Of a DNA stretch of 19,510 nucleotides, positions 8,267 to 15,269 are shown one piece after another (the stretch's first letter is position 1; the number at the start of each line of letters is the position of its first letter). The notes beneath the pieces are model-generated. The model was not told the DNA's origin. It saw nothing but the letters and a program-made list of their open reading frames with translations, and made no database searches. The translations under genes and the position numbers were made by a program. Origin of the DNA: Candidatus Methylomirabilia bacterium (lineage in GTDB: Bacteria; Methylomirabilota; Methylomirabilia; Rokubacteriales; CSP1-6); contig JBGQEL010000080.1 in assembly GCA_041496385.1 (NCBI GenBank), positions 1 through 19,510 of the forward strand, in the 5' to 3' direction.

Positions 8267-8992
8267 TCATCGCGACGTGGCTGCCCTGACCTTCGTTTCC
8301 AAGAGCAGCGTCTCGATGTCGTTCAGCACGGTGCGAGGGTGGAGGAACGTGGAGGTGTAGATCTCGCGGACGAACCCCGCCGGATCGATCAGGAACACCT
8401 TGAGGACGTGCGACAGCTCGCGGCGCGGCCGCCCGCTCGACCGGTCGATCGTGGCGCGGACGTCCTGACCGAATCCGTCGACGAGCGCGCTCAGCTCGCG
8501 CGGCGAACGGGTCGTGAGGAAGTACCAGCGCAGCCCGTTGCCGGCATCGCGCACGCGGCTGCCGGCGTACTGGCGCATGACCGCCGGCGTGTCACGCAGC
8601 GGATCGAACGACAGGGTGACGAGCTGCACACGATCGCGCAGCGCGGGGGTGGCCACGATCGCCTCCTTCACCGTGTCGAACACCCGGTAGGCGAGCGGAC
8701 AGCCGTCCGGATCGACGCACGTGGTGTAGATGAATCCGAGCAGCGCGATGCGGCCGCGCGTGAAGTGCGACAGCCGCTGCGCCCGACCGTCGACGCCGAG
8801 CACCTCGCCGTCAGGCGCCGCCATGATGCGGTGCAACGTGTAGGTGCCCGGTCGCGGCGGCTCGAAATCGAGCGGGGGGATCGGCGCGCCCTCGTGCCCG
8901 ACGGCCGCGGGAGCGCAGGCAAGCCCCACCATCAGCATCAGCGCGGAGACACGGCGGCGTCGCCTGACCGAGCGACGCCCCGGCGCGCACAT
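8267..8992 (-). CDS. SCO1/SenC-family copper chaperone (methanethiol-oxidase-associated type)
   Basis: GRIALLGFIYTTCVDPDGCPLAY (C-x5-C variant of the SCO CxxxC), LVTLSFDPLRDTPAVMRQY, LSHVLKVFLIDPAGFVREIY (conserved His). ATG 8992 overlaps the upstream stop (TGATG). Arg-rich N-terminus followed by a hydrophobic stretch. Confidence 0.9.
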   Translation of the reverse strand: MCAPGRRSVRRRRRVSALMLMVGLACAPAAVGHEGAPIPPLDFEPPRPGTYTLHRIMAAPDGEVLGVDGRAQRLSHFTRGRIALLGFIYTTCVDPDGCPLAYRVFDTVKEAIVATPALRDRVQLVTLSFDPLRDTPAVMRQYAGSRVRDAGNGLRWYFLTTRSPRELSALVDGFGQDVRATIDRSSGRPRRELSHVLKVFLIDPAGFVREIYTSTFLHPRTVLNDIETLLLETKVRAATSR

Positions 8993-10290
8993 CAGGATCC
9001 GCTGCCGAGCGCCTTGGACCCGAGCTTCATGTGATGGGCGCGCCCGAGGTTCTCCTTCGTGAAGTCCACCTCGAACACCTGCTGCAGCTCCTTGCCGTTC
9101 CACGAGAAGCCGCGCAGGAACTGCTCGTTGTCGGCGCCGCCCTTGTCCCAGTTGGCGAGCAGCGACGAGGTGATGTAGACGCGCTTGCCGTCCCAGCTCT
9201 GCGAGACCATGTTGACCTGCTTGCCGGTGACCTTCGCGTAGGTCTGCTTCGGCGCTTCGGGGTTGCTCAGGTCGAAGTAGCGCGTCGTGCCGTCCATGAA
9301 GGTGTTGACCCAGAGGCCCTTGCCGTCACGGGTGATGCTGATGTCGACGGGCAGCGGGATCTTGGCGGGATCGCCGATGGTGGCGACTTCCTTCGCCTGC
9401 CATCCGCCCTTGCCGTCCGGCTTGACGAGCCAGAGCTTCGAGGTCAGCGCGGCGGCGGTGATCGCCCAGTTGTCGCCGGACCTGAGCGACCAGCGGATTT
9501 CCAGCGGCGCGCCGGGCACGCTGAAGATCTGCTTGGCCTTCATCGCCTTGAGATCCCACGCCACCATCGTGCCGCCGAAGCGCTTCATGGCCTCGGCGTC
9601 GTTGATGAGCTCGCCCAGGGGCCGCATGTAGTTCGTGTATCCGGTGAAGCTCGAGGTGAGCAGGACGTTCCTCTTCGGGTTCACCGCGAGGTCGTAGCCG
9701 TATCCGTCGCCGCCGCCGTCGGTGGGCATGGCGTGAGACGTGATGAACTCGCCCTTGTTGTTGTAGAGCGCTATCCCCGTGACGCCGCCCTTGTCCTTGG
9801 TGTTGGACAGCGCCTGCACGAGCATCCGACCGGGCAGCGCGTAGTAGGTGTGGGGGCCGAGATAGCCGCTCTTGTCGGCCATGTCGGTAATGGTGTTCAC
9901 GAGCTTCGGCTTCGCCGGATCGGTCGCGATGTCGAACACGTAGATCTTGGCCTCCGCGAGCCCTCCCGCCCAGAGAAAGCGCCGGTCGTCGGTGAAACCC
10001 ATGTGATGCGCCTCGCCGCGGGTGCCGACGGAGACGGAGGCGATCACCTTGCCGTAGCTCTTCGACTTCGGGTGGACATCGACGGTCACGAGCTTGTCGA
10101 AGCCGTCGCCGAGGCCCTCGACGCCGAGCGCCCAGACGTAGACGTAGTCCTCCTGGCCCTTGATGAGCTTGGTGACGTAGGGTGAGTTACAGGTCTCGTC
10201 CGCGGCCGCCACGCCGATCGAGACCCCGCACGCCAAGAGGAGCGATCCGAGCACCACGATGCCGTCACGCGCCATCCGACGAAGATCCAT
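8992..10290 (-). CDS. mtoX: Selenium-binding protein SBP56 / methanethiol oxidase (MtoX)-like periplasmic beta-propeller, Tyr variant
   Basis: RBS GGGAGG, ATG 10290, signal peptide ending AAA-DETCNSPY. Motifs GQEDYVYVW, GEAHH, GPHTYY, DGYGYD, LTSSFTGYTNYM, PGAPLEIRW, VNMVSQSWDGKRVYITSSLLANWDK, LGRAHHM. 432 aa, coupled to a SCO gene as in known mtoX clusters. Family assignment is firm; activity on methanethiol is unproven. Confidence 0.88.
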   Translation of the reverse strand: MDLRRMARDGIVVLGSLLLACGVSIGVAAADETCNSPYVTKLIKGQEDYVYVWALGVEGLGDGFDKLVTVDVHPKSKSYGKVIASVSVGTRGEAHHMGFTDDRRFLWAGGLAEAKIYVFDIATDPAKPKLVNTITDMADKSGYLGPHTYYALPGRMLVQALSNTKDKGGVTGIALYNNKGEFITSHAMPTDGGGDGYGYDLAVNPKRNVLLTSSFTGYTNYMRPLGELINDAEAMKRFGGTMVAWDLKAMKAKQIFSVPGAPLEIRWSLRSGDNWAITAAALTSKLWLVKPDGKGGWQAKEVATIGDPAKIPLPVDISITRDGKGLWVNTFMDGTTRYFDLSNPEAPKQTYAKVTGKQVNMVSQSWDGKRVYITSSLLANWDKGGADNEQFLRGFSWNGKELQQVFEVDFTKENLGRAHHMKLGSKALGSGS

Positions 10291-10367
10291 GAGTGTTTCC
10301 TCCCTTGAATCCACCGGCGAGTCCCTCGCGTCCTTAAGAAGGGGCGGGTGCGCGGTGAGATCGCCCT

Positions 10368-10374
10368 TACTGTA
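10368..10374. promoter_or_regulatory. Symmetric double -10 element (TACTGT on +, TACAGT on -) between divergent mtoX-like and pirin genes
   Basis: tactgta reads as TANNNT on both strands within the 112-bp divergent gap. Confidence 0.5.
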
Positions 10375-10402
10375 GCGTGATATCGCAAAGGAGGTCCGAA
10401 TC

Positions 10403-11275
10403 ATGAGCCAGACCACGCGCCGGGTCGCGCAGGTCGTGACGCCGGAGCCCGTGATCGAAGGCGCCGGGGTGCATCTCCGGCGGAGCATCGGGACCGGTCG
10501 CCTCGACCATCTCGACCCGTTCCTGCTGCTCGACCACTTCGAGTCGGCGAGTCCGGCGGACTACGAGGCGGGCTTCCCCTATCACCCGCATCGCGGGATC
10601 GAGACGGTCACGATCGTCCGGAAGGGCGAGATCCAGCACCGCGATTCGCTCGGCCATAGCGGCAGCATCGGGGGCGGCGACATCCAGTGGATGACGTCGG
10701 GCAGCGGCATCCTTCACGAGGAGATGCCACAGGTCCGCCCCGAAGGCATCGGCGGGCTGCAGCTCTGGCTCAACCTGCCGGCGCGCGAGAAGATGACCCG
10801 GCCGAAGTATCGCGACCTGGCGGGAGAGCGCCTGACGGAGGCGGAGACGGACGGAGGCGCGAGAGTCCGCGTGATCGCCGGCGACGCCGCGGACGGCAAG
10901 CTCGTGGGTCCGGTCGAGGGCCTGGCCGTCGCGCCGAAGTTCGTCGACGTGACGTTGCCGGCGGGCGCGACGTTCCGCGAGGCGGTGCCCCGCGGCCACA
11001 CCGCCTTCGCCTACGTGGACCATGGCGAGGTCCGCTTCGGGCCCGAACAGACTCCCGCGCGCGCGCCTGCCCTCGTGATCTTCGGTGACGGCGACACGGT
11101 GGAGGCATCGGGGGGAGCGGGCGGTGGCCGGTTTCTCCTCGCGGCGGCACGGCCGCTCGGCGAGCCGGTCGCCCGTCACGGGCCGTTCGTGATGAACACG
11201 CGTGCCGAGATCGAGCAGGCGCTGCAGGACCTGCGCACGGGACACTTCATCCGCGACGAGCCGCGCGACGGGTGA
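10403..11275 (+). CDS. Pirin-family (bicupin) protein
   Basis: EGAGVHLRRSI, LDPFLLLDHF, GFPYHPHRGIETVT, HRDSLG, GDIQWMTSGSGILHEE, GLQLWLNLPA, GPFVMNT. RBS AAGGAGG. Confidence 0.95.
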   Translation: MSQTTRRVAQVVTPEPVIEGAGVHLRRSIGTGRLDHLDPFLLLDHFESASPADYEAGFPYHPHRGIETVTIVRKGEIQHRDSLGHSGSIGGGDIQWMTSGSGILHEEMPQVRPEGIGGLQLWLNLPAREKMTRPKYRDLAGERLTEAETDGGARVRVIAGDAADGKLVGPVEGLAVAPKFVDVTLPAGATFREAVPRGHTAFAYVDHGEVRFGPEQTPARAPALVIFGDGDTVEASGGAGGGRFLLAAARPLGEPVARHGPFVMNTRAEIEQALQDLRTGHFIRDEPRDG

Positions 11276-11283
11276 GGCGCGGA

Positions 11284-11299
11284 CATCGCGGCCGCGATG
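11284..11299. terminator. Perfect 16-bp palindrome between convergent genes, possible bidirectional hairpin
   Basis: CATCGCGGCCGCGATG is its own reverse complement and fills most of the 24-bp gap between the two stop codons. There is no U-tract. Confidence 0.35.
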
Positions 11300-12220
11300 C
11301 TACGTCGTGGTCCGCGATGCCGTCGTGTCGCCGCGCGAGACCTGGACGGCCGCCAGGCGCTCGATGACGGTCATGACCACGCTGGTGTCCAGCTCGCCGA
11401 GGCCCGCCGCCATCGCCGCCTGCTGGTAGCGCTGGGCGTCGTTGGCGAAGCTGACCGGCACGTGGAGCTCCTTGGCGATGCTCGTGAACGTCTCCAGATC
11501 CTTGTTCATGAGCTGGACCTTGAAGCCGGGCTCGAAGTTGCGCGGGATGAGGGCGCGCGGGATGCGCTCGAGGGCCTTGCTGCCGCCGCTGCTCGCCTTG
11601 ACCACCTCGTAGATCGTCATCGGGTCGAGGCCGGCCTTCACGCCGAGCGCCAGGCCCTCCATCATGGCGCAGGAGTTCACGCACGCCATCATGTTGTTGA
11701 TCGCCTTCACGGTGTTGCCCGCGCCGGCCGGCCCGACGTGAAAGATGTTCGGGCCGATGGCCAGCAGGACCGGCCGGGCGCGCTCCAGGGCCGCCGCGTC
11801 GCCGCCGACCATGATGGCGAGCGTCGCGGCGCGCGCGCCGCTCACGCCGCCGCTGACCGGCGCCTCGAGAAAGTGCACGCCGCGCGCCTTGGCGCGAGGC
11901 TCGATCTTCCGCGGCGTCGAGGGGAGCACGCTGCTCAGGTCGATGAGGATCGTCCCGGCCTTGGCGCGCTCGACCAGACCGCCGGGCTCCAGGTACATCG
12001 CTTCGACGTCGGGCGACGCCGGCAGCGAGGTCAGCACGATCTCGGCGCTCTCGACGACCTCGCGCGCGGAGTTGGCGCGCCGGGCGCCGGCCTGGATCAG
12101 GTTCTCCATCGCCTTGGGGTTCGTGTCGAAGACCGTCATCGGGAACGGGGTCTTCAGCACGTTGGCCGCCATGGGGTTGCCCATGTTGCCGACACCGATG
12201 AAGCCGACGGACGTGGTCAT
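11300..12220 (-). CDS. NAD(P)-dependent oxidoreductase, 3-hydroxyisobutyrate dehydrogenase / tartronate semialdehyde reductase family
   Basis: VGFIGVGNMGNPMA Rossmann motif, IDLSS, LEAPVSGGVSGA, IMVGGD, GAGNTVKAINN (catalytic Lys), FEPGFKVQLMNKDL. RBS AAGGAGG. Confidence 0.93.
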   Translation of the reverse strand: MTTSVGFIGVGNMGNPMAANVLKTPFPMTVFDTNPKAMENLIQAGARRANSAREVVESAEIVLTSLPASPDVEAMYLEPGGLVERAKAGTILIDLSSVLPSTPRKIEPRAKARGVHFLEAPVSGGVSGARAATLAIMVGGDAAALERARPVLLAIGPNIFHVGPAGAGNTVKAINNMMACVNSCAMMEGLALGVKAGLDPMTIYEVVKASSGGSKALERIPRALIPRNFEPGFKVQLMNKDLETFTSIAKELHVPVSFANDAQRYQQAAMAAGLGELDTSVVMTVIERLAAVQVSRGDTTASRTTT

Positions 12221-12238
12221 CTCGATCCTCCTTGATCC

Positions 12239-13096
12239 TCAGGCCTTGAGGCCGACGGCGCGGCCGGCCTCGGTGGTGAAGCGCTCCAGCGCGGCCGCGT
12301 CCATCTCCGGGCGCGGCCGCAGGATGATCCGGTCGACGCCGGCCGCGGCGTACGCGTCGAGGGTCGCCTTGTCGGGGACGTCGTAGCCGGGCGGCGTCAC
12401 GCTGATCTCTAGTCTGCCCAGCGCGGCCGGCCGTGCGTGCGTCCGCCCGGCCTCGCGCAGCGCGCTCAGGACCTTCTGCGTCTCCGCCACGTCGAGTCCG
12501 AAGCCGTACCAGCCGTGGCCCTGGGTGACCGCGCGGCGGAACGCCGGCGGCGTCCGCCCGCCCACGACGATGGGTGGCGTCGGCGTCTGCACGGGCCGGG
12601 GCATCGCCTGGACTCCCTCGAACGACACGTACGGACCGCGATGCGCCGGCTTGGGCTGCGTCCACGCCGCGCGGATGGCCGCCAGGTAGTCGTCGGCGAC
12701 TCGCCCGCGCTCGGCGAACGGCGCGCCGACCGCGCGCATCTCCGGCTCGCACCAGCCCACGCCTAGGCCGAAGATGAGCCGGCCGTTCGAGAGCACGTCG
12801 AGCGAGGCGAGCTGCTTGGCGAGCACGAGGGCCTGGCGCTGGGGCAGGATGATGACCCCGGTGCCGAGCAGTATGCGCGTGGTGTGCGCGGCCAGGAACG
12901 TGAGCGCGACGATCGGGTCGAGCAGCCGCTGGTCCGGCGCCATCGGGCGCTGGGGCACCGGCGGGTCGGGGAGCACCACGTGATCGGCGACCCAGAGCGA
13001 TTCGAAGCCGGCGGCCTCGGCGGCCCGGCCGAGCCGCGCCGCGGCGTCCGGGTAGCCGCAGGTGTGCAGGTTGACTCCGTGCAGTCCGAACTTCAT
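12239..13096 (-). CDS. LLM-class (luciferase-like) probable F420-dependent oxidoreductase, Rv2161c-like
   Basis: AEAAGFESLWVADHVVLP, LDPIVALTFLAAHTTRILLGTGVIILPQR, AKQLASLDVLSNGRLIFGLGVGW..EM, PRPVQTPTPPIVVGG. RBS AAGGAGG. Confidence 0.92.
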   Translation of the reverse strand: MKFGLHGVNLHTCGYPDAAARLGRAAEAAGFESLWVADHVVLPDPPVPQRPMAPDQRLLDPIVALTFLAAHTTRILLGTGVIILPQRQALVLAKQLASLDVLSNGRLIFGLGVGWCEPEMRAVGAPFAERGRVADDYLAAIRAAWTQPKPAHRGPYVSFEGVQAMPRPVQTPTPPIVVGGRTPPAFRRAVTQGHGWYGFGLDVAETQKVLSALREAGRTHARPAALGRLEISVTPPGYDVPDKATLDAYAAAGVDRIILRPRPEMDAAALERFTTEAGRAVGLKA

Positions 13097-13131
13097 CGCG
13101 CGCCCTCCTTGGATGTCTCGCGAGCGGAGTG

Positions 13132-13162
13132 TAGCGTACCAGATCGTCGTTTGTCGTATGCT
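13132..13162. promoter_or_regulatory. Divergent promoter region: symmetric TAGCGTA (13132-13138) plus TATGCT (13157-13162, +)
   Basis: TACGCT on the minus strand points to the LLM starting at 13096. TAGCGT and TATGCT on the plus strand point to the LLM at 13186. Both genes have AAGGAGG RBSs. Confidence 0.5.
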
Positions 13163-13185
13163 GGCGCCCAGCCAAGGAGGCTTCC

Positions 13186-14025
13186 ATGCATTACGGCGTC
13201 GTGATGTTCGCCACGGAGTATTCGATCGCTCCCGACGAGCTGGCGCGCGCGCTCGAGGAGCGCGGCTTCGAGTCGCTCTGGCTCCCCGAGCACACGCACA
13301 TCCCCGCGAGCCGGCGGAGCCCCTGGCCGGGCGGCGGCGAGCTGCCGCGAGAGTACTGGTCGTCCTACGATCCGTTCATCGCGCTGACGGCGGCAGCCGT
13401 GGCGACGCGGCGCCTGAAGCTCGGCACCGGCATCTGCCTCGTCGTCGAGCGCGATCCGATCACCACGGCCAAGGAGGTCGCCACGCTCGACCGGATCTCG
13501 GGCGGGCGCTTCCTGTTCGGCATCGGCGGCGGCTGGAACGCCGAGGAGATGGCCGACCACGGCACCGAGTGGAAGACGCGCTGGCGGCTCCTCCGCGAGC
13601 GCGTGCTCGCGATGAAGGAGATCTGGACCAAGCGCGAGGCGGAATTTCACGGCGAGTTCGTGCGGTTCGACAAGATCTGGGCCGAGCCCAAGCCCGTGCA
13701 GAAGCCGCACCCGCCCATCATCATCGGCGGCGACGGGGCGACGACGTTCGACCGCGTCGTCGAGTTCGGCGACGGCTGGATGCCGATCATGCGGCCGCAG
13801 ACCAACCCGGTCGAGCGCATCGCCGAGCTGCGCGAGCGGCTCAAGAAGGCGGGGCGCGATCCGCAGTCGGCGCCGGTGTCCATCTTCTTCGCGCCGCCCA
13901 AGAAGCCGGCGCTGGACGCGCTGGAGGCGGCGGGCGTGGCGCGCGCGATCTTCGGCCTGCCGTCCGAGCCCCGCGACGCGGTGCTGCCGCGGCTCGACGC
14001 GTACGCGAAGGCGATGAAGGGCTAG
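13186..14025 (+). CDS. LLM-class probable F420-dependent oxidoreductase
   Basis: LEERGFESLWLPEHTHIP, YDPFIALTAAAVATRRLKLGTGICLVVERDPITTAKEVATLD..SGGRFLFGIGGGWNAEEMADHG, PKPVQKPHPPIIIGG. Confidence 0.93.
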   Translation: MHYGVVMFATEYSIAPDELARALEERGFESLWLPEHTHIPASRRSPWPGGGELPREYWSSYDPFIALTAAAVATRRLKLGTGICLVVERDPITTAKEVATLDRISGGRFLFGIGGGWNAEEMADHGTEWKTRWRLLRERVLAMKEIWTKREAEFHGEFVRFDKIWAEPKPVQKPHPPIIIGGDGATTFDRVVEFGDGWMPIMRPQTNPVERIAELRERLKKAGRDPQSAPVSIFFAPPKKPALDALEAAGVARAIFGLPSEPRDAVLPRLDAYAKAMKG

Positions 14026-15269
14026 CAGAACCGGCAGGGGGGGTAGTCGCGGCTGTACACGGGCTGCTTGAGGAACTCGTCCGGCTTGTACGTCCAGAAC
14101 TGCGAGATCGCCGGGAAGGTGTGGATGACCGTGTTCTGCAGCTCGCCGCCCTTGCGCTCGACCTTGCGGACGTAGATGTTCTGGATCGGGTTGCCCCAGG
14201 CGTCGAGCTTGATGGGCCCGCGCGGCGCGTCCGGGATCTCGATCCTGCGAAACGCGGCCAGGAACTTCTCGCCGTCCTCCACACCGCCGCCCACCGCGCG
14301 CGCCGCCTCGTTGATCCAGCGGCCGCTCGTGTAGCAGGTCTCCGAGAAGTAGGAGGGGACCTTGCCGTACCGCTTCCTGTACTCCGCGACGAAGCGCCGG
14401 TTGGCCGGCGTGTCGAGCGCGGCGCTGTACATGAGGGGCGTGACGATGCCGAGCGCCTCGTCGCCGAAGGACGGCAGGATCGCCTCGTCGGTAATGACCG
14501 CGCCGCCGATCACGGGCAGGCGGCCCCGCAGGCCGGCGTCCTGATAGTGCGCGGGGAAGCGGAGCGCGGTGGCGGCGACCACGATCACGAACGCCGCGTC
14601 GGCGTCGCGCTTGATCTGCGAGAGATAGGGCGCGAGGTCGGTCGTGCCGAGCGGGGCCCAGAGCTTCTGGATGACCTGTCCGCCGGCTTCCTCGAACGAC
14701 TTCTGGAACCCGCCGACCACCTCGTAGCCGAACGCGTAGTCCGACCCGAACACGGCGACGCGCTTGTAGCCCAGGGTCTTCGCCGCGTACTCCCCGAAGG
14801 GATGCGACGGCTGGCTCGACGCCCAGCCCAGGCGCACCACCCACTTCGACGGCTTGCGCTGCGTCAGGTCGTCGGCCGCGATCACCGGGAAGATCGTGGG
14901 CATCCGGTACTCGTCCGCCTTCGACGCGAGCGCGTACCCGATGTGCGCGAACGTCTCGCCCACGACCATCTGGACGCGGTCGCTCTCGACGAGCTTGCGG
15001 AACTTGGTGATGGCGGTCGCGGGATTGCCGGCGGTGTCCTCGACGATCACCTCGACCTTCCGGCCGGCGAGCTGGTGGCCCGCTTCCTCCAGGTACATGT
15101 CGAAGCCGTTCACCATGTCGCGCCCGATCTGGGCGGCGCCGCCGGTGAGCGGCGCCAGGAAGCCGATGCGGATCGGCCCCTTCTGCGCCGCGGCGGGCGT
15201 CAGCGCGAGGACCGTCGCGACCAGGACGGCGACGATCAGGAGGGCACTCGAGAACGCGCGTCGTGTCAT
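14022..15269 (-). CDS. ABC transporter substrate-binding protein, branched-chain amino acid / aromatic-acid binding (LivJ-like, type I fold)
   Basis: Signal peptide ending AAA-QK, PIRIGFLAPLTGGAAQIG, VIVEDT, SDYAFGYE, PLGTTDLAPY, DAPRGPIKLD. ATGA overlap with the upstream SBP. Its TAG stop overlaps the TAG of the convergent LLM (CTAG, 14022-14025). Confidence 0.92.
   Translation of the reverse strand: MTRRAFSSALLIVAVLVATVLALTPAAAQKGPIRIGFLAPLTGGAAQIGRDMVNGFDMYLEEAGHQLAGRKVEVIVEDTAGNPATAITKFRKLVESDRVQMVVGETFAHIGYALASKADEYRMPTIFPVIAADDLTQRKPSKWVVRLGWASSQPSHPFGEYAAKTLGYKRVAVFGSDYAFGYEVVGGFQKSFEEAGGQVIQKLWAPLGTTDLAPYLSQIKRDADAAFVIVVAATALRFPAHYQDAGLRGRLPVIGGAVITDEAILPSFGDEALGIVTPLMYSAALDTPANRRFVAEYRKRYGKVPSYFSETCYTSGRWINEAARAVGGGVEDGEKFLAAFRRIEIPDAPRGPIKLDAWGNPIQNIYVRKVERKGGELQNTVIHTFPAISQFWTYKPDEFLKQPVYSRDYPPCRFC

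Noticed and set aside
8133..8360. 75-aa plus-strand ORF in the SCO-SBP gap
   Set aside because: No RBS, it overlaps the SCO 3' end antisense, and there is no recognisable family. Kept only as a possible remnant under findings.
8992..10290. Selenocysteine or stop read-through in the 'selenium-binding' protein
   Set aside because: There is no internal TGA. The terminal TGA gives a normal-length protein and overlaps the SCO ATG in a different frame.
8019..10488. Extended starts at 8270 (SBP), 9103 (SCO) and 10488 (mtoX-like) from the ORF track
   Set aside because: Downstream ATGs at 8018, 8992 and 10290 have an RBS or stop-start coupling and place signal peptides at the N-terminus.
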